Assembly: GCA_024278215.1 (NCBI GenBank)
Contig: JAJRTR010000105.1
Span: forward strand, 1-36,438
Source of the DNA: a bacterium
GTDB taxonomy: Bacteria; UBP15; UBA6099; JAJRTR01
Reading direction: 5' to 3'
DNA: 36,438 bases
Below are positions 9,241-18,682 of the stretch, piece after piece. The notes beneath the pieces are model-generated. The model saw only the letters and a program-made list of their open reading frames with translations. It searched no databases and had not been told where the DNA came from. Within the stretch, counting starts at the first letter, position 1. Each line of letters opens with the position of its first letter. Made by a program: the position numbers and the translations under genes.

Positions 9241-9454
9241 GTCAAACACATTATATTGCAGAATCGTCATCACGGATACAATTATCAGAAAAAACACAAC
9301 TCGAGCAGGTGAATAATTCGAGTTGACTCAAAGCGAATCGAATACTTTTTCAAGTTTCTTTTCGACATCTTTCGTTATAGCCGATCATTGTTAGTTGGCA
9401 TTTGTCATCTTCGACTTATTGCACACAAATCAAATATGCAAGCGAATAAAAACG

Positions 9455-11365
9455 CTACATATCCATTATGTCGATTACGCATATAAAACCTACATCGGCA
9501 AATGATTCCAGAGGGTCGGGCCTTTTCGATGTGAACCCGTCGCCGGAAGTATCCGTATTGATAACGACACTTCTGTCAAACTGCGCCTCTTTCCCTGCCG
9601 CGCGCGAATCCCCGGCTGAAAACAATCCGGTCGTCGCCCAGATTCCAGGAATACGGTATGCGCCGCGCTCCGGTTCTTTACTGTATCCGCCGGATGCCGG
9701 CGATCCTTTGTAGCTGTCGTTTTCAAGGCACTCTTCGTCCATCCCCCAGCTGGTTGAGGTGGTGGACTCTTCCGTGCCGGTCCCGTCTGTTATCCGGGTT
9801 GGGGTATATCCGGCCAGGGCAGCGTATCGCCACTCGGATTCCGTGGGCAATGTTTTACTGTAATGCCGGGCGTAGGCGATTGCCCCGTACCATGTAATCC
9901 GGACGACCGGGTCCGCCGCCGTGTCGACATCCTTCAAATGGAAACGGCCATGCTCATATATTATCTGTTCATTTGCACGGGGGTGGTCTCCCACATACAG
10001 CAGTATTTTATCTTCTCTTGTCACAGCGCCGTCCTTGACGACCAGGTATTGTTTTACCTCGTTGAGGAAATTGGAGAAATTGTAATTGGTCACAAATGAT
10101 TCGTCGATATAAAACGGGGCAACCTGTATCTTTTCGGGCTGTGCGCCGGAGGCGGTCTGTATTTCAATTTCCCCACCCGATACGAGGTTCATGGTTGTAC
10201 CGTCTTCACCCATGAGTGTTGCAGGAAAATCGTCACTCGCCGGCAAAAGATTCTCTTTCAGTGCCTTCGTGCTGTTGTTTACGGTGTTTTTTCGACCTGC
10301 GTCTTCTGTTGTGTTGACATCACTGTTTATGTGTCTTTTGCCGGGCTCACCGATAAAATGCCAGACAGACATGCCCACAACGGACAGGATAGCGATTATA
10401 ACGCCCGTAAGTATCAGGCGCGGATTATGTGTTATCAAGGACATCGCTCTGCCGGCGGCGTTTCTTTCGCTTCCTTCTTTTGTATCGCTCACGAGAAGCT
10501 TTTCGAGGGCGGCCCTGAACTCGTCGATGGAATCGTAGCGGTCTTCCTTATTTTCCGCTGTCGATTTCTGTATAACGGCATCGAGTCCTTTTATAAAGGG
10601 CGAGTCGGGATTGTCGATTTTCGCCTGTTTGAAGGGCACCGTTTCCTTGCCGAGTTTTCCCCTTATCGCTTCATAAAGAATTTTCCCCAGGGCATAAATA
10701 TCAGCTCTGCGGTCCGCATATTTGTAATCCATGAATTGTTCCGGCGGCATGTACGCCGGTGTGCCGTAGAACTCCATTGAATCGGTGACCGGTTCCGAGC
10801 GCCCCCAGCGAACGAGGCCGAAGTCCGCGATTTTCGGCGTATCGCCGTCCATAAGAATGTTTTCGGGTTTCAAATCACGGTGAGTTATCCCTTTATCATG
10901 GAGAGCCGCCACGCCGTCGAGCATCGTGAAGAAAGAGCCCTTGAGCCATGATCGCAGTCGCTGCTCGGCATCGGGAGATGGATAGAAGCCCTCCTCGGGC
11001 AAAACATGTCTGAACGTGGCGCCTGGCACGTATTCCATGACAAAATAATCTATCCGGAATTCTTTTCCGGTCTGATCCTTGAGGTATGAGCCATGATCGA
11101 AAATCTGAAGCACGTTCGGGTGACTCATCTGGGCCAGCGACTGCACCTCGCGGCGGAAACGACTCACAGTGGCTTCGAGTTCAGCGTCGTCTAGTTCTTC
11201 CAGAAGTCCGGGAAGTATTATTTTAATAGCCACATCCCGGTTGAGGTTGGTCTGGTGTGCACGGTACACTTCACCCATCGCGCCCTTGCCGATAAATTGC
11301 AGGATCACCCACTTGTCGTTCAGGACCGTACCTGTCCGGAAGTAGCCCGTTTTCTTTTTTGCCAT
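9455..11365 (-). CDS. Hanks-type Ser/Thr kinase with a TM helix and a C-terminal FGE-sulfatase-like domain
   Basis: IGKGAMGEVY, VAIK, HRDLKPEN, DFG, GTPAYMPPEQ, TM segment. FGE-like motifs FYIDESFVTN, PVVRITWYGAIAYA, LPTESEWRYAA, DVGF. Confidence 0.9.
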   Translation of the reverse strand: MAKKKTGYFRTGTVLNDKWVILQFIGKGAMGEVYRAHQTNLNRDVAIKIILPGLLEELDDAELEATVSRFRREVQSLAQMSHPNVLQIFDHGSYLKDQTGKEFRIDYFVMEYVPGATFRHVLPEEGFYPSPDAEQRLRSWLKGSFFTMLDGVAALHDKGITHRDLKPENILMDGDTPKIADFGLVRWGRSEPVTDSMEFYGTPAYMPPEQFMDYKYADRRADIYALGKILYEAIRGKLGKETVPFKQAKIDNPDSPFIKGLDAVIQKSTAENKEDRYDSIDEFRAALEKLLVSDTKEGSERNAAGRAMSLITHNPRLILTGVIIAILSVVGMSVWHFIGEPGKRHINSDVNTTEDAGRKNTVNNSTKALKENLLPASDDFPATLMGEDGTTMNLVSGGEIEIQTASGAQPEKIQVAPFYIDESFVTNYNFSNFLNEVKQYLVVKDGAVTREDKILLYVGDHPRANEQIIYEHGRFHLKDVDTAADPVVRITWYGAIAYARHYSKTLPTESEWRYAALAGYTPTRITDGTGTEESTTSTSWGMDEECLENDSYKGSPASGGYSKEPERGAYRIPGIWATTGLFSAGDSRAAGKEAQFDRSVVINTDTSGDGFTSKRPDPLESFADVGFICVIDIMDM

Positions 11366-11489
11366 TGATATTCCCCGTATTTCTTCGATGGTGCCGGCCC
11401 GCATATTTCACACCGATGCGGACTGAAAGATAATTCTCCTCATGCCGGTTGCGGAGCCGGACCCGGCAAAAGATAATTCTGCAACCGGC

Positions 11490-12260
11490 TCACTTTATAA
11501 TCTGTATTACAATCTCCGTAATATTGTCTTTACCTCCGTTTTTCAGAGCCGTATCGAGCAGTTCGCGGCATTTCACTTCAGGGGTCCCTTCAACTGACAG
11601 AATCCTTTCGATGTCGTGTTCAGGCACTGTATCGTAAAGCCCGTCACTGCACAGGAGAAACTGGTCGCCGGCGCATACGGTTTCCGAGCGAGTGTATATT
11701 TCATCTATATCGACGCCGAGCGCCTGGACCAGTATGTGTCGCATCGGATGTTTCGCCGCTTGTTCGGCGGTAAGATTTCCGGCGTCCACAAGCAATTGCA
11801 CGCCCGTGTCGTCTTTGGTCATGCGGACAAGCCGGTCTTTTCTCATTAAATAAATCCTGCTGTCTCCAATATGGGTAATATATGCTTTATCGTCAAGAAA
11901 CAAGAGGACGGACAATGTCGTCCCCATTATATCGTTGTCGATATTCTCTTCGGAGTAGCTTACTATTCTATCGTGCGCTTTGACAAACAGGCTTTCGAGC
12001 CGCGCCCTGACAGCGTCGGCCCCGTCCGACCCGGCAGGTGGCCCCCTGTCATAGTCGTAGTAATCCAGGATCGTTTCGCACGCCATTTTGCCGGCGATGT
12101 CACCGGCGGTATGCCCCCCCATTCCGTCGGCTACAGCGAACAATTGCCCCAGTTCCCGCGTTTTATAAATACCCGAAGCGTGGTCGATCATTATGAAAAA
12201 GTCTTCATTGACTTTGCGCTTCAATCCGATATCCGTCAATCCACTTGAAAGTATGTTCAA
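11490..12260 (-). CDS. PP2C/Stp1-type Ser/Thr phosphatase
   Basis: RKVNED, VADGMGGH, HIGDSRIY, CSDGL, GGKDNIT. Confidence 0.93.
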   Translation of the reverse strand: MNILSSGLTDIGLKRKVNEDFFIMIDHASGIYKTRELGQLFAVADGMGGHTAGDIAGKMACETILDYYDYDRGPPAGSDGADAVRARLESLFVKAHDRIVSYSEENIDNDIMGTTLSVLLFLDDKAYITHIGDSRIYLMRKDRLVRMTKDDTGVQLLVDAGNLTAEQAAKHPMRHILVQALGVDIDEIYTRSETVCAGDQFLLCSDGLYDTVPEHDIERILSVEGTPEVKCRELLDTALKNGGKDNITEIVIQIIK

Positions 12261-12303
12261 CTCGGTTCCGTTCCCTTCGGTTCATTATATAAACCCTCGC
12301 GCT

Positions 12304-13668
12304 TCAATGCCCGATTTCATACTTATCCATCCTGTAAAGAAGAGTGTTGCGGGGAATGCTCAAATACCGTGCCGTTGCGGATTGATTGTGATTATTCTTC
12401 TCAAGGGCCGCCGCTATCAGGTTCTTTTCCCACTCCTCGAGCACGATGCCGTCGTCCGGGAGATCGGCGGGAGAAAGCCCGGCCATTTTATATTTGTAAT
12501 CCTGTATTCTGTCCGGAAGGTCCTTCACCCCGACCTCATCAGAAACCGACACGGCCACGAGGCGTTCCACTGCGTTCTGGAGTTCCCGCACGTTGCCCGG
12601 CCAGCGGTAAAGAATCAGCTTTTTCATCGCCTCATCCGAAATTATCAATGGATTGACACCCGCATCATTGCAGTATCCGGCAATAAAATGCTCGAGCAGC
12701 AGCGGAATATCATCCCTGCGCTCGCGCAACGGCGGTATACGGATCGGAACCACGGCCAGTCGGAAATACAGGTCTTCCCTGAACCCGCTTTCCTCGACAA
12801 GCTGCTCCAGATTACGGTTCGAAGCGGATATGATTCTAACGTCCACCGGAACCTGTTCTTCCCCGCCGACCCGTGTGATAATCCCTTCCTGGAGCACACG
12901 CAAAAGCCTGACCTGGTGTTCCGGAAGCATGTCCGCGATCTCGTCCAGAAAAAGAGTACCGCCATGCGCACGCTCGAACGCTCCCCTGTGGCGTGAGACG
13001 GCCCCGGTGAACGCGCCTTTCTCGTGCCCGAACAACTCCGAGTCCACAAGATGCTCGGGAATGGCCCCCACGTTTATCGGTATGAAAGGTTTGTCCTTTC
13101 TCTTACTGTGAAAATGTATCGCTTTAGCAAGCAGCTCCTTGCCCGTTCCGCTTTCACCATAAATCAGCACTGTTGAGTTCCTCGGTGCGATGCGCGACGC
13201 GATTTCATAAACCTTCTGCATCGCCGGAGAACTCCCAACAATGTTTTCAAATTTAAACTTATCCCGCGCCACCTGCCGCAGGTATTTATTTTCCCTTTCA
13301 AGACGGGCCACCCGCAGCGCCTTCTTTACGCTCACTTTCAAAACATCGCCTGAAAAAGGTTTCTCAAGATAATCGCACGCTCCGAGCTGCATGGCCTCAA
13401 CCGCCGACTGGACCGACCCGTGCGCCGTCATCACAATGAACATTGTCTCCGTCGAATAACTTTTTATCTTATTCAGCAATTGTATCCCGTCGATTTCGGG
13501 CATGATGATATCCGAAATAACAAGTTCAGGACTGTGCTCGAGAAAAGCTTCATAGCCGGCCGCTCCGTTTTGCGCCACGACAACCCTGTAGCCCTCCCGC
13601 TCAAGTTGGAACTGCGCCACTTCAAGAATACTCTCATTATCATCTACAACAAGAATCGTATCAGCCAT
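12304..13668 (-). CDS. Sigma54-dependent response regulator (NtrC/ZraR family)
   Basis: Receiver domain, GESGTGKE, ELFGHEKGAFTGA, LFLDEI, WPGNVREL, Fis-type HTH. Confidence 0.95.
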   Translation of the reverse strand: MADTILVVDDNESILEVAQFQLEREGYRVVVAQNGAAGYEAFLEHSPELVISDIIMPEIDGIQLLNKIKSYSTETMFIVMTAHGSVQSAVEAMQLGACDYLEKPFSGDVLKVSVKKALRVARLERENKYLRQVARDKFKFENIVGSSPAMQKVYEIASRIAPRNSTVLIYGESGTGKELLAKAIHFHSKRKDKPFIPINVGAIPEHLVDSELFGHEKGAFTGAVSRHRGAFERAHGGTLFLDEIADMLPEHQVRLLRVLQEGIITRVGGEEQVPVDVRIISASNRNLEQLVEESGFREDLYFRLAVVPIRIPPLRERRDDIPLLLEHFIAGYCNDAGVNPLIISDEAMKKLILYRWPGNVRELQNAVERLVAVSVSDEVGVKDLPDRIQDYKYKMAGLSPADLPDDGIVLEEWEKNLIAAALEKNNHNQSATARYLSIPRNTLLYRMDKYEIGH

Positions 13669-14758
13669 CGGCCCCACCCCCTTCAACTGCGGCGGCCCCG
13701 ACAGGGATCTGCACCCTGACTACCGTCCCACGCCTGTCCTGCCTGTTGGATATAACGAATGTTCCTCCGTGCTTTTCCACAATCTTCTTCACTATGGGAA
13801 GTCCGAGCCCGGTACCTGTTTCCTTCGTGGTATAAAAAGGTTCGACAAGAAACTTTTCTTTCCCGGGCTCGATCCCCACACCGCTGTCGATTATCCGAAT
13901 CTTAACGCACTTCCCATTCTCCAATATTTCAGAAACAACTTCAAGGGTTCCTCCATCTTGCATAGCGTCTATTCCATTCAGAATAATATTCAGGAACACC
14001 TGTTTCAGTTGGTTGGGGTCCGCATAGACGCGCGGCATATTATCGGCCATTTCTTTTCTGAGAGTAATCCTGTTGACACTCATCTTTTTTCTGCTGAGGT
14101 CGAGCACGGAGTCTAAAATACCGTTGATATCGACATAAGAAAACTGCGGTTCCGGAGGCCGCGCGAACTTGAGAAAATCGCCGACTATCACTTCCATTCT
14201 CTTTATTTCCTTTTCGACAATCTCAACGAATCGTGTCTTCGGACTATCAGGAGGAATATCCTCCGCGACGAGTTCGAACGCGCCCTTGATGCCTCCCAGC
14301 GGATTCCTTATCTCGTGGGCCACACCCGCCGCGACCATGCCGATAGCGGCCAGCCGCTCCGATTCCTTCGCCTTCTCAAACGAATTCACCAACTGCTCGT
14401 ATGCTCTCTCCGCCTTTCTTCTCTGAGATTTTTCCATGTCCGACAGGACGCCTGTTATCACCCCGACGACAAGGTACATGGCTATTTCGAGATACCGGCC
14501 CGTCAGGTCGATCTCCACGTGTACCCGCCACTGGAACAGAAGATGCAACAACAATATGATCCCAGATATAACAGCGGTAGCCGCTCCGCCTCGAAATCCG
14601 AACAGAAACGCGCTGAATATTATCGGTATATAAAATAGCCGGTCATAAACATTATGATATATCCCCAAATGCACAGGAGTCAGAAAGTGCATCAGGGAAA
14701 CAAGAAGCAATGTCGTCCCGATACCGATTTTCCACCTGGTTCTTATGTCATAATTCAT
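13661..14758 (-). CDS. Membrane sensor histidine kinase
   Basis: N-terminal TM bundle, AHEIRNPL H-box, N/G1/F/G2 boxes. Overlaps the response regulator start. Confidence 0.93.
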   Translation of the reverse strand: MNYDIRTRWKIGIGTTLLLVSLMHFLTPVHLGIYHNVYDRLFYIPIIFSAFLFGFRGGAATAVISGIILLLHLLFQWRVHVEIDLTGRYLEIAMYLVVGVITGVLSDMEKSQRRKAERAYEQLVNSFEKAKESERLAAIGMVAAGVAHEIRNPLGGIKGAFELVAEDIPPDSPKTRFVEIVEKEIKRMEVIVGDFLKFARPPEPQFSYVDINGILDSVLDLSRKKMSVNRITLRKEMADNMPRVYADPNQLKQVFLNIILNGIDAMQDGGTLEVVSEILENGKCVKIRIIDSGVGIEPGKEKFLVEPFYTTKETGTGLGLPIVKKIVEKHGGTFVISNRQDRRGTVVRVQIPVGAAAVEGGGADG

Positions 14759-14842
14759 TTAAATACCGCCCTGTGTTCAGTCTGTCGGTTATTGTATCAT
14801 TAATAATAAACATTAACTGTTTACGGGGAGATGTATTCCTTC

Positions 14843-14932
14843 ATCTGGAGTGCGGTGATTCATCACCGCTTTGTTTTTGCCGGGAATTAATTCCCGGCCC
14901 TGAAAGCGACAATGAATTGTCGCACTCCAGAT
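14843..14932. repeat. REPIN-like element with three hairpins
   Basis: Outer IR ATCTGGAGTGCG/CGCACTCCAGAT. Internal palindromes GCGGTGATTCATCACCGC, GCCGGGAATTAATTCCCGGC, GCGACAATGAATTGTCGC. Confidence 0.8.
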
Positions 14933-15037
14933 TCAACATTTCCCCATCATAGTTTGTGCCGTCCCTTGCACTGCTCCCCCGTGAACACGATACGGCATTA
15001 AAGGACAAATTCCGGTCATGTCCCTGGAATTGGTTGC

Positions 15038-15154
15038 GCGACACAAAAGTGGGTTTTTGCGAAAAGCGGTACAGGTACCGCAAAAAACAGCGTTACCAGT
15101 CCCTGTTTTTCGCACATTAACAATATGGTTGTTTTTAACCCACTTTTATATCGC
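15038..15154. repeat. 117-bp unit with imperfect 18-bp terminal inverted repeats
   Basis: GCGACACAAAAGTGGGTT vs the reverse complement of 15137-15154 (16/18). Inner stems TGCGAAAA/TTTTCGCA and GCGGTAC/GTACCGC. Confidence 0.6.
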
Positions 15155-15208
15155 ACACCCTACGGAATCCCACGACTTTGCTTCAGATGTCTAAAGTGTT
15201 ACACAAAT

Positions 15209-15386
15209 GAGCCAATTGCAAAATTATGTTCGAAGCGAGGTCGAGCGAAATTGTTCAGAGCAAGGCAGAGGTGTAAACTCCTCGCAGGCGTACTTGTAGA
15301 GTACGTCGAGGACGATTTTGTACCGACAACGCAGCTATGGACAATAGCAGCCGACCGCAGCCGAATCAGAATTTTGCAATCGGCTC
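15209..15386 (+). mobile_element. MITE family B, full copy (178 bp), TSD AAAT
   Basis: TIR GAGCCAATTGCAAAATT (one mismatch at the right end). AAAT on both flanks. Colinear with 18038-18215. Confidence 0.92.
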
Positions 15387-15517
15387 AAATAAATAACGAA
15401 AAACGCACAAGTGCAGGCGCATAAAGCAACAATCCAGGGGCGCGGCTCACAGACCGGACAGGGCTGTTGCCAGAGGTTATGATATAATATACCTATAAAA
15501 TAAAACGATAAACCCCT

Positions 15518-15580
15518 TTGCGCTTTACCTGATAATATATATAATGTGGAGTAGGGAGAAGTTTGTGAAATGCGGCACAA
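15518..15580 (+). promoter_or_regulatory. Putative sigma70 promoter followed by a Rex/CRP-like box
   Basis: TTGCGC-N16-TATAAT (15518-15545). TTGTGAA-ATGC-GGCACAA (15563-15580). Confidence 0.45.
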
Positions 15581-15697
15581 ATAAAAACAATAAATCCGCT
15601 TTTTATGGAGGGGATTTCGCAGTGTTTAATGTTCAGATGAATATGTAAAAAACAGCGAAAAACGGGAAAATATTATAGAGAAAAGGGTTATAAAGTA

Positions 15698-17905
15698 TTG
15701 AAAACGAAGGAAAAGAAACAGGGCGCGGCAGTGGCAGGACACAGGGCGGCAGTATATAAAACCGTGGAAGAGTGTGTCGAGGAAACAATAAGGCGGGTGG
15801 GTAAGAACATCATGCTGGGAATGCCCATCGGTGCCGGTAAGCCCACGATTATCGCCAACGAATTCTACAGGCGTGCCAAAGAAGACCCCGGCTTGAATCT
15901 GAAGCTGATGAGCGGACTGACACTCGAGACGCCAAAGGCGAAGTCGGACCTCGAGAAGCGATTTATCGAACCGCTTGTGAAAAGGATTTTCGAAGATTAT
16001 CCTGATCCACAGTATGTGGCCGACATGCGCGCGAACAAACTGCCGCCGAATGTGGACCTTGTGGAATTTTTCCTCGTGCCCGGCGGCTATCTGAATGTAC
16101 CGAATATCCAGCAGAATTACATATCGTCGAATTATACGCACGTCGCCCGCGACGTGATGGACATGGGCCTGAACGTGGCGGCGAGCATGATCGCGAAAAA
16201 GACAATCGGCGGCGAACAGAAGTACAGTCTGGGCAGCAACGCCGACGCGCCGGCCGACATGATCACCAAACTGGCACAGATGCGCGAGCAGGGCAAGCCT
16301 ATCGCCGTGCTCGGGCAGGTCAACAGCAATATGCCTTTCATGTACGGCGCGGCGCTGAGCGGCCCGGAGGTATACGACGGAATAATCGACAGCCGCGACT
16401 ATTACCACAAGATGTTCGGCCCGCCACGCGAGCCGGTCAGCGATGTCGATTTCCTGATCGGACTCTATGCCGGCGCTCTTTTCAAAGATGGCGGCACGAT
16501 CCAGATAGGCATCGGCACCCTCGGCGATGCCATCGCTTACGCGCTGTCGATGCGCCACAACAACAATCAGGACTTCCGCGACTTGATGGCGCAGCTTGGC
16601 GCACACGGCAAGTTCGGCGAAGCAATAGACAGAATCGGCGGTTTCGGCACCTTCGACCGGGGGCTCTACGGCTGCACCGAGATGATCACCGACGCTTTTA
16701 TCCAACTCATTAACGCTGGTGTCATCAAAAGGAAAGTCTACGACGACTACTATCTGCAAAAACTGATAAATGAAGGAAAAATCACGGAAAAAGTCACAGG
16801 CGAAACACTCGACCTTCTGCTGGAGACTGGAGCGATCAACGAGCGGCTCACCCACAAGGATGTCGAATTCCTTACCAAGTTCGGAATACTCAAACCCGGA
16901 ATACTTTTTGATAAAGGAATGATCAGCCTCAATGGAACATCGGTGAAGGCGGATCTCCGCGTCGGTAAAAACCGCGACGCCATCGAAAAGAATCTCCTCG
17001 GCGACAGGTTGCAAAACGGGCTGCTGGCGCACGCCAGTTTCTTTATAGGCCCCAACAGTTTCTACCAGACCCTCAACGACATGAGCGAAGAAGAACGCCG
17101 GCGGATACAGATGCGCGAGATATCATTCTGCAACCAGATATACGGCCAGGAGGAAATGAAACGCGTGCAGCGCATCGAGGGCCGCTTCGCGAACACCGCC
17201 ATCATGGCTACTCTGATGGGTGCGGCGGTTTCCGACGGACTCGAAAACGGCCAGGTCATCAGCGGCGTGGGCGGGCAATACAACTTCGTCGCCATGGGGC
17301 ACGCGCTTGAAGACGGTCGATCGATCATCTTGCTTCGCAGCACCAAAGATGTCGGGGGCGAGCTCATGTCGAACATTGTCTGGAACTACGGACACACGAC
17401 GATCCCACGCCACCTGCGCGACATCTTTATTACAGAATACGGCATAGCTTCCGTTCGCGGCCGGACGGATAAAGATGTGATCAAGTCAATGATAAATATC
17501 GCGGATTCAAGATACCAGACCGCTCTCCTTAAAAAAGCGAAAGAAGCCGGCAAAATACCTGCGGATTACAAAATACCCGACGCCTTCAAAAACAATTATC
17601 CCGAACGAATCGCCGGAGACCTTTCCGTCTTCAAGGAAAAAGGATATTTCGATTCCTTCCCCTACGGCACGGACCTTACAGACGAAGAACTCGTACTCGG
17701 CAAGGCGCTTCGTGGCCTGAAGTCCGCGCTCTCAACAAAGAGATTCAAGCTGCCGTCCTTCGCGGGCGCGGCAAAGATATTCTCGCCGCCCGCGAGCGCA
17801 ATGCCCTATCTCGAACGCATGAAACTCGACAAACCCGCGTCGACATCGGAAAAGTTCATGCAGAAACTCGTTATCTACGCGCTCACAACCAGCGGCGCGG
17901 TGTGA
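15698..17905 (+). CDS. Acetyl-CoA hydrolase/CoA transferase family protein, long form
   Basis: SSNYTHVARD, DGGTIQIGIG, CTEM, SGVGGQYNFV, TIPRHLRDIFITEYGIA. Start codon uncertain. Confidence 0.88.
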   Translation: MKTKEKKQGAAVAGHRAAVYKTVEECVEETIRRVGKNIMLGMPIGAGKPTIIANEFYRRAKEDPGLNLKLMSGLTLETPKAKSDLEKRFIEPLVKRIFEDYPDPQYVADMRANKLPPNVDLVEFFLVPGGYLNVPNIQQNYISSNYTHVARDVMDMGLNVAASMIAKKTIGGEQKYSLGSNADAPADMITKLAQMREQGKPIAVLGQVNSNMPFMYGAALSGPEVYDGIIDSRDYYHKMFGPPREPVSDVDFLIGLYAGALFKDGGTIQIGIGTLGDAIAYALSMRHNNNQDFRDLMAQLGAHGKFGEAIDRIGGFGTFDRGLYGCTEMITDAFIQLINAGVIKRKVYDDYYLQKLINEGKITEKVTGETLDLLLETGAINERLTHKDVEFLTKFGILKPGILFDKGMISLNGTSVKADLRVGKNRDAIEKNLLGDRLQNGLLAHASFFIGPNSFYQTLNDMSEEERRRIQMREISFCNQIYGQEEMKRVQRIEGRFANTAIMATLMGAAVSDGLENGQVISGVGGQYNFVAMGHALEDGRSIILLRSTKDVGGELMSNIVWNYGHTTIPRHLRDIFITEYGIASVRGRTDKDVIKSMINIADSRYQTALLKKAKEAGKIPADYKIPDAFKNNYPERIAGDLSVFKEKGYFDSFPYGTDLTDEELVLGKALRGLKSALSTKRFKLPSFAGAAKIFSPPASAMPYLERMKLDKPASTSEKFMQKLVIYALTTSGAV

Positions 17906-17991
17906 TCACTGATCAGCCACACCAATGAAAAAGGGGGCAATAGTAAGGCCCGGGTCCAAAGTCCTTTTTTATAATGTTTTCAGGTTGCCCT

Positions 17992-18036
17992 TATCCCGCA
18001 TATTTCACCAATGCGGGCCAAATATCGCAAGAATAC
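17992..18036 (+). mobile_element. MITE family A, left-end fragment
   Basis: TATCCCGCATATTTCACCAATGCGGGCC...GAAT matches 2809-2852. Directly followed by a MITE B copy. Confidence 0.7.
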
Positions 18037-18037
18037 G

Positions 18038-18215
18038 GAGCCAATTGCAAAATTATGTTCGTAGCGAAGTCGAGCGAAATTATTCAGAGCAAGACGGAGG
18101 TGTAAAATCCTCGCAGGCGTACTTGTAGAGTACGTCGAGGACGATTTCGCGCCAACAACGCAGCTATGGACAATAGCAGCCGACTGCGGCAGAATCATAA
18201 TTTTGCAATTGGCTC
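18038..18215 (+). mobile_element. MITE family B, full copy (178 bp), TSD TACG
   Basis: Perfect 20-bp TIR. TACG at 18034-18037 and 18216-18219. Confidence 0.92.
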
Positions 18216-18410
18216 TACGAAATATGGCAATAAAAAAACGCGGCCTTCGCAATAGTTTCGGCATCTCACGACACAACATCTAACCCGGCATGGCCGGAAC
18301 CAAACAGGCCGCATTTTCGTGCCCAAACAAATGCGGTTCGAGCACGGCACACAGAGGTTCATCGTTCCCAAGGTCTACCCTGGAAACGCCTGTAACTGGA
18401 AGTTCCGGCT

Positions 18411-18474
18411 TTCACCGATCTCTTTTCAGCATTTCTTTACCATCCTGCGTAGCATTTCAGTCGTAAGATAATAT
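18411..18474 (+). repeat. Dispersed repeat family C
   Basis: 64 nt aligning without gaps to 22436-22499, about 7 mismatches. Confidence 0.8.
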
Positions 18475-18623
18475 ATCGTGTCACAAGTAGAATGAGCCGC
18501 GCGCTTTCCGCCGTTTCCGCGAAAACGGCGAGGTGATACGTTATTGACTTTTCTTCAATATTCAGCGATTCGCCACTATCGACGGCAATTAATAATCTTG
18601 AGGGTATCCTGTTGAATCCGCAT

Positions 18624-18651
18624 TAGACAAATGATTGTTTTATGTTACAAT
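18624..18651 (+). promoter_or_regulatory. Putative sigma70 promoter of the Na/Pi cotransporter
   Basis: TAGACA-N16-TACAAT with an extended -10 TG. Confidence 0.4.
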
Positions 18652-18682
18652 ACAGTGCTTGAAATAACTTAAGATTCGGTAC

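Noticed and set aside
9234-9260. TGTCGG as a mycobacterial PafBC promoter motif
   Set aside because: The spacing to TA-N3-T is not 10 nt, and the hexamer is part of the MITE.
9145-9297. N-terminal extension of the 251-aa ORF
   Set aside because: It runs through a MITE B fragment; the signal peptide begins at ATG 9144.
15125-15424. Small ORFs sharing the peptide LAGVLVEYVEDDFVPTTQLWTIAAD (also 36242-36433)
   Set aside because: These are translations of MITE B, with no consistent start or RBS between copies.
15626-17032. Long antisense ORFs (468 aa here; similar at 5193-6245, 18992-19930, 29255-30481)
   Set aside because: Shadow frames of well-supported genes on the opposite strand, with no recognisable motifs.
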